A DNA stretch of 64,000 nt from a virus. The notes below the pieces were generated by a model that was not told where the DNA came from, did not search any database, and saw only the letters and a program-made list of their open reading frames with translations. Shown piece by piece: positions 8,596-17,782 of this stretch (position 1 is its first letter; the number at the start of each line of letters is the position of its first letter). The DNA lies in IMG/VR virus record IMGVR_UViG_2974641675_000001, positions 66,260 to 130,259 of that record; one strand, written 5' to 3'. The position numbers and the translations under genes are program-made.

Positions 8596-11088
8596 ATGAA
8601 AATCCTCGAACTCGAACTCGATCTCTACAAGAGGTTGACGAAGGTGGCGCACATCCGTCACTTCAAGCTGACATTGAAAGAAATCGTGCAGTTGATCTTG
8701 GGGACAAATGGTTCGGGCAAAAGCTCTATTCTCTACGAACTGTCGCCTCTCCCAGCTAACCACAAGGCTTACCATAAAGGTGGTAAGAAGCGTGTCCTGA
8801 TTGCTCATCAGAACAAGATGTACGAACTCATCTCTGATTTTGCAAACGGGCAAGACCACTACTTTTATGTTGATGGTGAAAACCTGAACACAGGTCGCAC
8901 CGTCACCATTCAAAAGGAACTGGTCAAAGAGCACTTCGGTATCACGTTTGAGACTCATGAGCTGCTGCTGGGTTACGAGCAGTTCTCCAAGATGTCTCCG
9001 GCACGTCGTCGTGAACTCTTTACGATGCTGTGTGTGGTGGATTACACCTATGCCATCAAGCTGTACCAGAAAATCCAAGTTGCGATGCGCGACGATGTCG
9101 GTACGCTGAAGAACCTCAAGAAGCGCCTGGTCACGGAAACAGCGAATGCGCTGAAAGACGAAGAGATCACTGGTCTGCGTGTGCGCCTAGCTGAGCTGAA
9201 TCGCGAATCGCAAGCAATGTACATGCTGCGTAACGCTAATGCTCAGACCACCTTCGATGCGCGCACGGTAGCTGAAGCCGCCAAGAAGACTATCGATGAC
9301 CTGTTGCAGAAGTTTCGCTCGGTGCGCTCGATTCTGCGCGATAAGTGTTGGATCACGCCAGACGAATATCAGGAAGACATCGACAGTCTGCGCGCTGAAC
9401 TGCATGGTATCGAAGGTGTCTATGCTCGTGCGTCGGAAGAGTTCATCAAGGCTTCTTCCGAGGTTGAGCAGGTTTCTGGGCTCGAAGCAGAAGATGTCAC
9501 CAAGCTGCAAGACGAAATCATCGCTTCGAACAAAAAAGCACAGAGCTTGCTGGAGACGCGTAAACGGCCTCTGGAGGGCTTTAAGCCTTTGGCAGCCTCG
9601 CAGTCTATGGAACTGGTCTACGAGTCGTTATACAGCGTTCTAACCGAGCTGCCGGCCGATCCTGAGGGACAAATGTCGTCCCAAGCATTGAGCGAGGTGT
9701 CAGAGCGCTTGCGCTTGGTCGAAATGTCGATCAGTGCCAACCGCGAGAAGCTGTCTGGTCTCGAACATCGGGAAAAACATCTGGTCGATCTGGCGAGTTC
9801 GGAGGACATCAATTGTCCAAAGTGCGAACACTCATTCAAGATGGGTTACTCGGTTGGGGAGCACGAATCGATCAAGACGCGTATCGCGGCAGGGCGCAAT
9901 CACATCGAAGCACTAGGCAAAGAAGCTGCTGCTTTGAAGGAACAGCAAGAGCGGCTTAGCAACTACGCCAGTCTTTATAAGGAATACGTGCGCATCACTC
10001 GTAACTCGCCAGAACTGCAACCGTTGTGGGATCTGATCGTCGAGGAAGACGCTCTGCGTCGTTCGCCTCAGCATGCTCTGACGCTGATCGAACTGGTACG
10101 CAGCGATCTGCGTATCGAGATGCAGGTAAATGCGATCTATGAAAAGATTGCGACCGACGATCACCGACTGAAACTCGCACAGTACGCTCAGTCCGAAGCC
10201 ATCAAGACCAAGAAGCAACGTTTGGAACAGTTGGAACAGGAAATCGGTCGTCTGTCGAAGCAGAAGGTCTGGGTACAGGGTCGTCTAAGCGATCTGGTTC
10301 GCACTCAGCAGCAGATCAAGCACATGTACGAGGTCGGCGACCGGATGGCAAAGGCCAAGGAAGAGTTCACCAAAGCTTCCTACGCAATTATCGATGCTGT
10401 CAAGAATGAGATCATCGATGAAGCGCTAGCTGAGACTCATCGCGAGATTGCTACGCTGTCGACGCGTATCCACTCGATCGACCAACACGAGACACTGATC
10501 AATGATCTGAAACAGCAGATCCAAAATCACGAGAAATCAGAAAAGGCTTACAAGGCCTTGGCTGACGCTCTGTCTCCGACTGATGGTCTGATCGCTGAAG
10601 GGATGCTGGGCTTCATTCGCAACTACGTGGCGCGGATGAACGCACTAATCGCTAAGGTGTGGACGTACAAAATGGAAGTGCATGACTGCTCGACCGAGGA
10701 CGATTCCGCGGAACTGAACTACAAGTTCCCAGTGACAATCGGTAACGATCCAGAACCAGTGCCTGATGTTGCTGATAGCTCATCTGGTCAAGAGGAAATG
10801 CTGAACCTAGCATTCCGCGTCGTGGCCGCGCAGTGTCTCGGTCTGGATAAAGGTCCGCTGCCATTGGATGAGTTTGGTAAGACCTTCGATGAAAGCCATC
10901 GCGAAGCTGCGACCAACGTCGTGCGTCAGCTGATTGAACAACTGAGCTTCTCGCAGTTGTTTATGATCTCGCACTACGAATCGAGCTACGGAGCATTCTA
11001 CAATGCTCAGATGTCAGTCATCGATAAGCGCAATATCACTGTACCAGTTAACCGCCGGTATAACGAGTTCACTGAACTAGCAGCATAA
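8596..11088 (+). CDS. sbcC: SbcC/Rad50-like SMC ATPase
   Basis: Walker A GTNGSGKS, coiled coil, zinc hook CPKC, signature SSGQ and Walker B LDEFG. Confidence 0.9.
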   Translation: MKILELELDLYKRLTKVAHIRHFKLTLKEIVQLILGTNGSGKSSILYELSPLPANHKAYHKGGKKRVLIAHQNKMYELISDFANGQDHYFYVDGENLNTGRTVTIQKELVKEHFGITFETHELLLGYEQFSKMSPARRRELFTMLCVVDYTYAIKLYQKIQVAMRDDVGTLKNLKKRLVTETANALKDEEITGLRVRLAELNRESQAMYMLRNANAQTTFDARTVAEAAKKTIDDLLQKFRSVRSILRDKCWITPDEYQEDIDSLRAELHGIEGVYARASEEFIKASSEVEQVSGLEAEDVTKLQDEIIASNKKAQSLLETRKRPLEGFKPLAASQSMELVYESLYSVLTELPADPEGQMSSQALSEVSERLRLVEMSISANREKLSGLEHREKHLVDLASSEDINCPKCEHSFKMGYSVGEHESIKTRIAAGRNHIEALGKEAAALKEQQERLSNYASLYKEYVRITRNSPELQPLWDLIVEEDALRRSPQHALTLIELVRSDLRIEMQVNAIYEKIATDDHRLKLAQYAQSEAIKTKKQRLEQLEQEIGRLSKQKVWVQGRLSDLVRTQQQIKHMYEVGDRMAKAKEEFTKASYAIIDAVKNEIIDEALAETHREIATLSTRIHSIDQHETLINDLKQQIQNHEKSEKAYKALADALSPTDGLIAEGMLGFIRNYVARMNALIAKVWTYKMEVHDCSTEDDSAELNYKFPVTIGNDPEPVPDVADSSSGQEEMLNLAFRVVAAQCLGLDKGPLPLDEFGKTFDESHREAATNVVRQLIEQLSFSQLFMISHYESSYGAFYNAQMSVIDKRNITVPVNRRYNEFTELAA

Positions 11089-11091
11089 AAG

Positions 11092-11124
11092 GCCAGGAGG
11101 GGAAACCCTCCTGGCTCTTATGCC
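11092..11124. repeat. 33-bp exact repeat hairpin (copy 2)
   Basis: Identical to 7502-7534. Confidence 0.85.
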
Positions 11125-11129
11125 GTTAT

Positions 11130-11684
11130 TTAGACAGCAGGTGCTGCGTACTCATTGAAACCATTGATGTCAGGATTGCCAATCAATGGCCCGCCTTCCA
11201 ACCATTCGGTGTTTGGCTTGAAGGTTGTTCCGTTGATCCAGAGCAGGGACTCCGGATGGGCTTGCAGCCTGAGACCCTTGTAGACATCGTCCAGCGTCAG
11301 GTACTCGTAGTCGATTATGTCATCTGCCGCAATCGGATATGGCAAGATTCTATTAATCTGCTCCAGAACGTCCGAGATCTTGAACGGCAGGTGCGTTGGC
11401 GAGACGTGGTGCAGATCACTGTTGCTGACGTGGTTGAGAATGCATCGACGGCGATACAGGAAGCCTGAGCCTTTTACCCAGTAACGATCGTCATATTGCT
11501 GATCAACCTGACAAGGGATAAACGTATTGGGGTCGGTATCAAGATCCTTTCGTGGGTCGACCTCTTGCGGTTTTCCGAACTTGACCTTCTCCAGCGGGAT
11601 AACTTGCCCTGTCGCCTCAAAGATCAAATACAGTAAAACTTGTTCACGACTCTTACCGACGTCGTGAGCGTCGATAACTACCAT
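11130..11684 (-). CDS. Hypothetical (probable virion) protein
   Basis: AGGAG RBS; 184-aa ORF in the structural block. Confidence 0.65.
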   Translation of the reverse strand: MVVIDAHDVGKSREQVLLYLIFEATGQVIPLEKVKFGKPQEVDPRKDLDTDPNTFIPCQVDQQYDDRYWVKGSGFLYRRRCILNHVSNSDLHHVSPTHLPFKISDVLEQINRILPYPIAADDIIDYEYLTLDDVYKGLRLQAHPESLLWINGTTFKPNTEWLEGGPLIGNPDINGFNEYAAPAV

Positions 11685-11704
11685 TTATTTCTCCTGAGCG
11701 GGCG

Positions 11705-12961
11705 TTAGGTGTTGGGAGTGATCACAACCTTTTCGGACTGCACATCCAGGAAGTGGGCGTAGCTGTACGATTCTCGGTTATACGGGATGCGGTTGTCGGC
11801 AGGCATCGTAGCCTGACTTGCCGGTGTAGTGTGGAATAGCCGGTGATGGTAGATGTTGTCACCTACAGTCACCGAAAAGACGCCATCGTCTTCCTGTACC
11901 CAGTACGGCCACAGCAGACCGAAACCACCGACGAGCGGTAGAGACGGTTCGTCAAAAGCCAGATACTGTTTGGCAATTTGGGTAGGCGCCAGTTGTTGAC
12001 GCTCAACGACCACTTTGGGGCTATCGATGAGAACCAAGAAACTTTGAGACATTGTCAACCAGTTGGTCAACACGGCATCACTGTAGAGCTGATCGCGAGA
12101 GATCTGAGCATCGTGAGCACCGTTGTACTCCAATCCCAGATTCGACATGTCGATCAGTGCGCGGGATTCGTAGAAACGATCCAACAGTGGCACGGACTGA
12201 GTGTCCAGACAGAAAATGTCATCCGCAGTGCGGAAGAAGCTCAAGCCATCCAGCAAGAACAGATAACCACCCATCACCAACGCCACAGTCTTACCCTGAG
12301 CCTCAACTGGACTCTTGATAAAGATCTGATTAGCGAACGGCTGATCGGAATGAGCGCGGAACAGCATATCGGCAGTAATCGTCACACAGGTCAACTCGCC
12401 AATGTCTTGGAAGTTGATGATGCCGACTTCATTACGACGGCTGAGATAATTGCTCTTACCAGCATCGATTACGTAGATGTACTGGCTGTCAGCATCGACA
12501 CGGTGGATCAGACCGTTGATCGAGACCAAGCAATTCTTATGGAAAACCCGGGCATCAACACCGGGCTTCGACATGATGAGACAATCTGCCTCATCAGGCT
12601 GGGGAATCGTAGTCGGACTTTGCAGATAACGACCGCGCTCCAGCTGATAACCTGCCCAGTAGGCGTCAGCATACTTGATGCTGCCTTTAGCGATCGAGGC
12701 AATGCCGTTAGTCGACGGCAGCGTGTTATTGCCTTGTGCGGCAAAGAACTGTGCCAGTGTCTGGTCGCGCTGTACGTAGCCGCTGGTGATCTCACCAAAG
12801 CGCATCGTACGATCGCTAGTCCAGAATGGATTGCTGACGCGCAGGTAAACATCCGAATACGCGCTGTCGATTTGAGACAGCGTCAAAGTGCTCAGATCCA
12901 CCTCAGCCCAAGCTGTCCCGGCGGCCATGAGTTGTGCAATTGCAGAGACCAGTTGATACAT
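11705..12961 (-). CDS. Probable virion/baseplate structural protein
   Basis: 418-aa ORF from MYQLVSAIA; structural context. Confidence 0.65.
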   Translation of the reverse strand: MYQLVSAIAQLMAAGTAWAEVDLSTLTLSQIDSAYSDVYLRVSNPFWTSDRTMRFGEITSGYVQRDQTLAQFFAAQGNNTLPSTNGIASIAKGSIKYADAYWAGYQLERGRYLQSPTTIPQPDEADCLIMSKPGVDARVFHKNCLVSINGLIHRVDADSQYIYVIDAGKSNYLSRRNEVGIINFQDIGELTCVTITADMLFRAHSDQPFANQIFIKSPVEAQGKTVALVMGGYLFLLDGLSFFRTADDIFCLDTQSVPLLDRFYESRALIDMSNLGLEYNGAHDAQISRDQLYSDAVLTNWLTMSQSFLVLIDSPKVVVERQQLAPTQIAKQYLAFDEPSLPLVGGFGLLWPYWVQEDDGVFSVTVGDNIYHHRLFHTTPASQATMPADNRIPYNRESYSYAHFLDVQSEKVVITPNT

Positions 12962-13157
12962 GAGAAAACTCCGTAAGAGTGCGTTTTTCCGCTTTTTATG
13001 CGGTTTAAAATGGCTCAAATAATGTGATCTACTATTAGGCTAAGTAGTATTTTTATACGACCAATGCCCTCCGTTCCCACGGCGGAAGGAGGCGGTGGTC
13101 CGCGTGGACGTCTTGGCCGACAAGTATTCCGAGACATCATCAAAGGACGATTGTTCA

Positions 13158-14762
13158 ATGGCTACCGCTTACCAGTATCCGTTCGATCCCAGCGGCACTT
13201 CGTCTGCCAACCGGATCTTGAACGAGCAGCATGTCATCACCGCTGCAAACTTTCGGGATTACCACTACGTAATCCCGAACTTTGCCCCTTTCTTTGAGGG
13301 CGACTTCGACATCAAAATGCAGTTTCCTGATGGCTCGATTCGTCCTCTGACGCAAGGCGTCGACTTCTACTTCTCGAACCAGTTCTTGGACGCTTCGCGT
13401 GCCTGTGCGAAGCCTGTCTATGGTTCGATCTCGTTCCTTGACACCGATACCGCCGGTATCCTGTCGATCAACTACAACACTGTTGGTGGCGAGTGGAACA
13501 TCTCGCCGACAGAAATCTCGCGTATCTTGGCCGAAGAGCTGCGCAACCCCCGTATTACGACCTGGGAACAAATCACGTATTTACCGGAACGTTTCCCGGT
13601 AGTCGATCACGCGTGGGATCTGATCGACATGGTGGGTATGTCTCCGGTTGTGGCTGCCATCGAAGCACTGCGCGACGCGGTTGTGACGAAGAACGGTGGT
13701 AACTTCACCGATCACATCAACAACTACTCGAACCCGCACAACACCACGGCGGCGCAAGTAGGGTTGGGCAATCTGTTCAACTATCCGATTGCTACGACGG
13801 CTGATGCCCAGGCTGGCACGAGTAACTCGTTCTACATGACACCCGCGCGTGTCAAGGACGAAATCATGGCATTCGCTACGCCGCTGTCGCACTTGACGGA
13901 TTACACCAATCCGCACCAAGTGACAAAGACCCAGGTGGGGCTGAGCAATGTGGCGAACTTCGCAGTTTCGACCACGGCAGAAGCTCAAGCAGGTGCTGTT
14001 GATACGTCTTACATGACGCCGCTGAAGACAGCACAAGCCATCACGCAGCAGGCCGGTTCAGCGCTCGCAGCTCATGTTGCGAACCAGCAGAACCCGCACA
14101 ACGTGACGAAAGATCAGGTTGGCTTGTTCAACGTCCAGAACTATCCGATCGCTACGCAACAGCAAGCGATGGCTGGTACGGACAACGCCTCGTACATGAC
14201 GCCGCTGCGCACAGCACAGCTGGTAGCTCAGATCTCTTCAGTGGCGCTACAGAACCACTTGAATGACTTTACCAACCCTCACCAAGTGACGGCCGGTCAG
14301 GTGGGTCTTGGTAATGTGCAGAACTACGGTATCGCTACTCAGGCTGATGCACAAGCCGGCGTGAGCAATACGCTGTACATGACGCCGGGTCGTGTCGCTG
14401 ATGCCATCAATGCACTGGCTACGCCGCATGCTCACTTGCTGGATATGAACAATCCGCACCAAGTGACCGCGGCTCAAGTCGGCGCATACACGACTACTCA
14501 GACGGATACGCTGTTGGGTGGTTACGTGCGGCTGACCGATCAGTGGGTAGCGGGTGAAACCAAAGCTGCCTTCATTGCAGAAGTGCTGCAGGGTACGGCG
14601 AACAATGCTTCGATGGTTTACGGTTTCACGGAAGCCCAACTGGCCGCCGATCTCGAAACCAATTACTTCGATAACGCTTACGCCACCATTGCTGCATTCA
14701 ATGCATTGGCCCAGCGCGTGACCGACATCGAAACGGCCCTCAACAGCATCACCGTTGTGTAA
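13158..14762 (+). CDS. Tail fibre protein with NPH/QVGL repeats
   Basis: Four full and one partial ~55-60 aa repeats H-x5-NPHxVTxxQVGLxNVxNYxIAT...AG...YMTP; N-terminus paralogous to the next gene. Confidence 0.75.
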   Translation: MATAYQYPFDPSGTSSANRILNEQHVITAANFRDYHYVIPNFAPFFEGDFDIKMQFPDGSIRPLTQGVDFYFSNQFLDASRACAKPVYGSISFLDTDTAGILSINYNTVGGEWNISPTEISRILAEELRNPRITTWEQITYLPERFPVVDHAWDLIDMVGMSPVVAAIEALRDAVVTKNGGNFTDHINNYSNPHNTTAAQVGLGNLFNYPIATTADAQAGTSNSFYMTPARVKDEIMAFATPLSHLTDYTNPHQVTKTQVGLSNVANFAVSTTAEAQAGAVDTSYMTPLKTAQAITQQAGSALAAHVANQQNPHNVTKDQVGLFNVQNYPIATQQQAMAGTDNASYMTPLRTAQLVAQISSVALQNHLNDFTNPHQVTAGQVGLGNVQNYGIATQADAQAGVSNTLYMTPGRVADAINALATPHAHLLDMNNPHQVTAAQVGAYTTTQTDTLLGGYVRLTDQWVAGETKAAFIAEVLQGTANNASMVYGFTEAQLAADLETNYFDNAYATIAAFNALAQRVTDIETALNSITVV

Positions 14763-14778
14763 CCAACCCATTTAAGGG

Positions 14779-14798
14779 CGAGGCGGGAGACCGCCTCG
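14779..14798 (+). terminator. GNRA-capped hairpin between the fibre genes
   Basis: CGAGGCGG-GAGA-CCGCCTCG followed by TTT. Confidence 0.45.
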
Positions 14799-14814
14799 TT
14801 TGAGCGAACAAGTC

Positions 14815-16092
14815 ATGACTATTCCGATCTATCGCTATCCCTTGGATGGCACCGGCACCAGCCCGGATAACCTGGTGGTTGGAGAAGAACACCAGCTCTC
14901 CAACCGAGCAATTCGTTGCGTAGCGCCGACCTACGGTGGCTTCTACGCTGAATCCGCAGTGGTGACGGACTTCAACACTGGCGTACCGCTGGTGCGCGGT
15001 GTTGACTACTACTTTGGTGAGCTGTTCGAGTTCCCCACTGGTCGTTACGGTAAGGAAATCTTCGGCCTGATCGTTATCACCAAGCCGAACGTTGCTGCCG
15101 TTTCGATCAATTACCAAGCACTGGGTGGTGATTACTCCTATTCCATGGACGCAATCATCGCCATGATCGACAACCTGAATCTGGACACGCGTCCGGTGGA
15201 ATGGGGTGCGATCATTGGTCGTCCGGCGCTGTTCGATCCGGCAACGCACTGGCACGATGCTGGTGACATCTACGGCTTCGAATACGTAGTGAGCGCGCTG
15301 ATCGATCTGCGCAACGCCATCCTGACGGGTGACGTGGCCAGCCACGATGAGATCTATCGCTACATCGATCGCTGGGCAGCTCAGCAGAGCGCGGCCATCC
15401 AAGCAGTTTCCGATGCACTGCACACGCACATCGTCGACTACACCAATCCGCACCAAACCACGAAGGCACAGGTAGGGTTGGGACTGGTGTCGAACTTTGC
15501 GACAGCGCTGCAAGCTGACATGAATACTGGTACGGCGAACAACCTGTTCGTGACGCCAGATATCGTTGCCGCGTACGTGACTCAGCAGGCAGTGAATCCG
15601 CTGCTTGCTCACATTGCCGACAAGGGTAACCCGCACCAGACTACCGCAGCACAAGTGGGACTGGGTAATGTCCAGAACTATGGTGTTGCTTCCCAGCCGG
15701 ACATGAATGCCGGTACGCGTGACGACGTCTATCTGACGCCGCTGAAGGTCGCGACCTATGTGACAAACGTCGCGGTTAACCCGATGAATGCGCACATTGC
15801 CAATACCAACAATCCGCATGCCGTGACACAGGCACAAGTTGGGTTGGGTAGTGTTGCGAACTATCCGGTCGCTACTCAGGCTGAAGCGCAAGCTGGAACG
15901 GCTAACAACCGCTACATGACTCCCTGGCTCGTAAACCAAGAAGTCATGCAGATGCTCAACAACGGTGCATTCGACGGTCGCTATATGCGGTATGGCACCG
16001 CCACTGATGGTTCGACCTGGGTTAGCGCTGGTATCGCCTACGTGTTCGTATCGGGAGCATGGCGACAGTTCTGGCCGCCTGTGTGGCAGTAA
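14815..16092 (+). CDS. Second tail fibre protein with NPH/QVGL repeats
   Basis: Three repeats of the same unit; N-terminus YRYPLDGTGTSPDNLV resembles YQYPFDPSGTSSANRI of the previous gene; aromatic C-terminus YVFVSGAWRQFWPPVWQ. Confidence 0.75.
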   Translation: MTIPIYRYPLDGTGTSPDNLVVGEEHQLSNRAIRCVAPTYGGFYAESAVVTDFNTGVPLVRGVDYYFGELFEFPTGRYGKEIFGLIVITKPNVAAVSINYQALGGDYSYSMDAIIAMIDNLNLDTRPVEWGAIIGRPALFDPATHWHDAGDIYGFEYVVSALIDLRNAILTGDVASHDEIYRYIDRWAAQQSAAIQAVSDALHTHIVDYTNPHQTTKAQVGLGLVSNFATALQADMNTGTANNLFVTPDIVAAYVTQQAVNPLLAHIADKGNPHQTTAAQVGLGNVQNYGVASQPDMNAGTRDDVYLTPLKVATYVTNVAVNPMNAHIANTNNPHAVTQAQVGLGSVANYPVATQAEAQAGTANNRYMTPWLVNQEVMQMLNNGAFDGRYMRYGTATDGSTWVSAGIAYVFVSGAWRQFWPPVWQ

Positions 16093-16100
16093 GAGATGTG

Positions 16101-16139
16101 AAAACCACTCCGCCCAAAAGGTGGAGTGGTTTTTATGTC
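16101..16139 (+). terminator. Hairpin/terminator after the second fibre gene
   Basis: AAAACCACTCC...GGAGTGGTTTT followed by TATGTC. Confidence 0.6.
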
Positions 16140-16167
16140 TGGTGTTATTTGCTAAAAGGAATTTATC

Positions 16168-16545
16168 GTGGCCACCACCTCCTCTACAACCACTGATGTG
16201 CAAGGGTATGACATCAATACTCTCCGCAACACAATTAACAGTGTGCGGGCTCGTATTGCTGCTGGTCAACCCATCAGTGCCAACCAAATCGCTGACCTTG
16301 CTTGGGTGTACAACACTTGGATTCAGCATACCCACAACTACTACGACTATTACTGGATCGCTTACGGTAATACGTCTCCCTATGGCACCACTGCTGTATG
16401 GAAAACTTCTGGCAACGTTGGTGTAGGGTATTTCTCACCACCTGGGGCTGGACAAACTGTTCAAGCTGCTCATGTGAATGGCTTAGCGGGTCTGGTCAAT
16501 GCGATCCGATCCCATACCCACTATTCGCCGGACGGCAGTTACTAA
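16168..16545 (+). CDS. Small fibre-tip-like protein with two HTH (HxH) modules
   Basis: GTG start with AAGGA RBS; modules GQPISANQIADLAWVYNTWIQHTH and GQTVQAAHVNGLAGLVNAIRSHTH. Confidence 0.7.
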   Translation: MATTSSTTTDVQGYDINTLRNTINSVRARIAAGQPISANQIADLAWVYNTWIQHTHNYYDYYWIAYGNTSPYGTTAVWKTSGNVGVGYFSPPGAGQTVQAAHVNGLAGLVNAIRSHTHYSPDGSY

Positions 16546-16628
16546 ACATTCCGTTAGGTAAAAAAGCAAGTGCGTTTTTACCTATCATTCGATTTTTATA
16601 GTAATCCATTTCGAGGACGAATCCACCA

Positions 16629-16826
16629 ATGTCCAATTATCTCTCCACTGTAACAACGGCTGCGGCGCCAGCTAACACTGTGGGGCAAGGCCAAGCGGTA
16701 CAACCAGCCACGATGAACCAAATGGCTGCTGTACTGGATTCATTGCTGAGCCACACGCACGTCTTTTATGACAACTACGGCAGCAACTGCAATTGTAACT
16801 GCGCCTGCACCCGAGGATCTCTGTAA
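16629..16826 (+). CDS. Cys-rich putative RiPP precursor/modification target (65 aa; HTH module plus NCNCNCAC tail)
   Basis: GAGGA RBS; ends ...SHTHVFYDNYGSNCNCNCACTRGSL; TAATG coupling to the next gene; lies upstream of four radical-SAM genes. Confidence 0.75.
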   Translation: MSNYLSTVTTAAAPANTVGQGQAVQPATMNQMAAVLDSLLSHTHVFYDNYGSNCNCNCACTRGSL

Positions 16827-17713
16827 TGAAAACTGTCTTTATCAAAAGCGGCGGCTACTACGAAACGCCAGGTGTCGCTGTCTCCGGCGCTATCAACGAC
16901 GCCTTCGACTTCAACGTGAGTCAGCATTGCCGTTCGAATGCGCTGTTCATGCTCGACTATGTCAGTCGCGAATACCGCCTCAGCCTTACCGTTGCCTCTG
17001 GTGACATGAAAGATGCGTTCGCGCGTCTCGACATGGATCTGATCACCAAGGCCGCGGAAGAGCATGGCTTCTCTTATGTCGGCCTGGTGGCTGACGAAAA
17101 GGCGATGATGGCTCGCCCGGATGAATTCCTGCGCGACTTGTCCGTCGTGACCGTCTGCAAGGAAACCGGCAAGTTCCTCGATGCCAAGTCCGGCACCGCT
17201 CTGACCGGCAACAACATCACACCGGTGATCTACTGCGTGAAGATGGCTGACAGCACGTACGCCATGATCCTGAGCCAGATGGCCAACGTGATGCCGAGCA
17301 TGGTCGACAATCCGAAGGTGGGTCGTGACGACATGAACGTCATCGTGGTCAATGACGGCGATGCCATGCGTAGTCAGTTCGTGGACGTCAGCTTCCACGG
17401 CGCTACCAAGCATTTCCGCAACAACGACCTCGTTACTGGTTTCGCAGTGTTTGCTTGGCCGAATGCTCTGATTGAAGTTAATATCTTCAAGGACACGCCG
17501 CTCGCCGCTGAGTTCAAGAAGAACTTCGAACTGGAAGTCGACAGCAGCTTTGATGCCAAGATCGTCGACGGCAAGGTCGTTATCCAGATGCCGCCTTCGT
17601 GTCGCACTGGCTATCTGTCGATCAAGCTGAAGACCACACCGCTGTACGAAGACGTCTCGTCGCGCGAGATCAAGGAAATGCTTTCGTTCGACTTCATCGT
17701 GACGGTTGTTTAA
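16826..17713 (+). CDS. Orphan 295-aa protein translationally coupled to the Cys-rich peptide
   Basis: TAATG overlap and strong C-ending codon bias; no motif recognised. Confidence 0.75.
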   Translation: MKTVFIKSGGYYETPGVAVSGAINDAFDFNVSQHCRSNALFMLDYVSREYRLSLTVASGDMKDAFARLDMDLITKAAEEHGFSYVGLVADEKAMMARPDEFLRDLSVVTVCKETGKFLDAKSGTALTGNNITPVIYCVKMADSTYAMILSQMANVMPSMVDNPKVGRDDMNVIVVNDGDAMRSQFVDVSFHGATKHFRNNDLVTGFAVFAWPNALIEVNIFKDTPLAAEFKKNFELEVDSSFDAKIVDGKVVIQMPPSCRTGYLSIKLKTTPLYEDVSSREIKEMLSFDFIVTVV

Positions 17714-17726
17714 CCACTCCTATTCG

Positions 17727-17765
17727 AAGCCGACAGATGACTTGTTCATCTGTCGGTTTTATGCT
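17727..17765 (+). terminator. Hairpin/terminator between the peptide operon and the rSAM genes
   Basis: AAGCCGACAGATGA-CTTGT-TCATCTGTCGGTTT then TATG. Confidence 0.6.
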
Positions 17766-17782
17766 CCCATCAGGACACCATC

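Noticed and set aside
8503-9078. N-terminal extension of the 7543-9078 ORF
   Set aside because: Overlaps sbcC on the opposite strand; spike-like sequence begins at MESSK (8502)
13700-15950. Periodic repeats resembling a CRISPR array
   Set aside because: In-frame, degenerate protein-level repeats inside the fibre genes; no constant repeat-spacer structure
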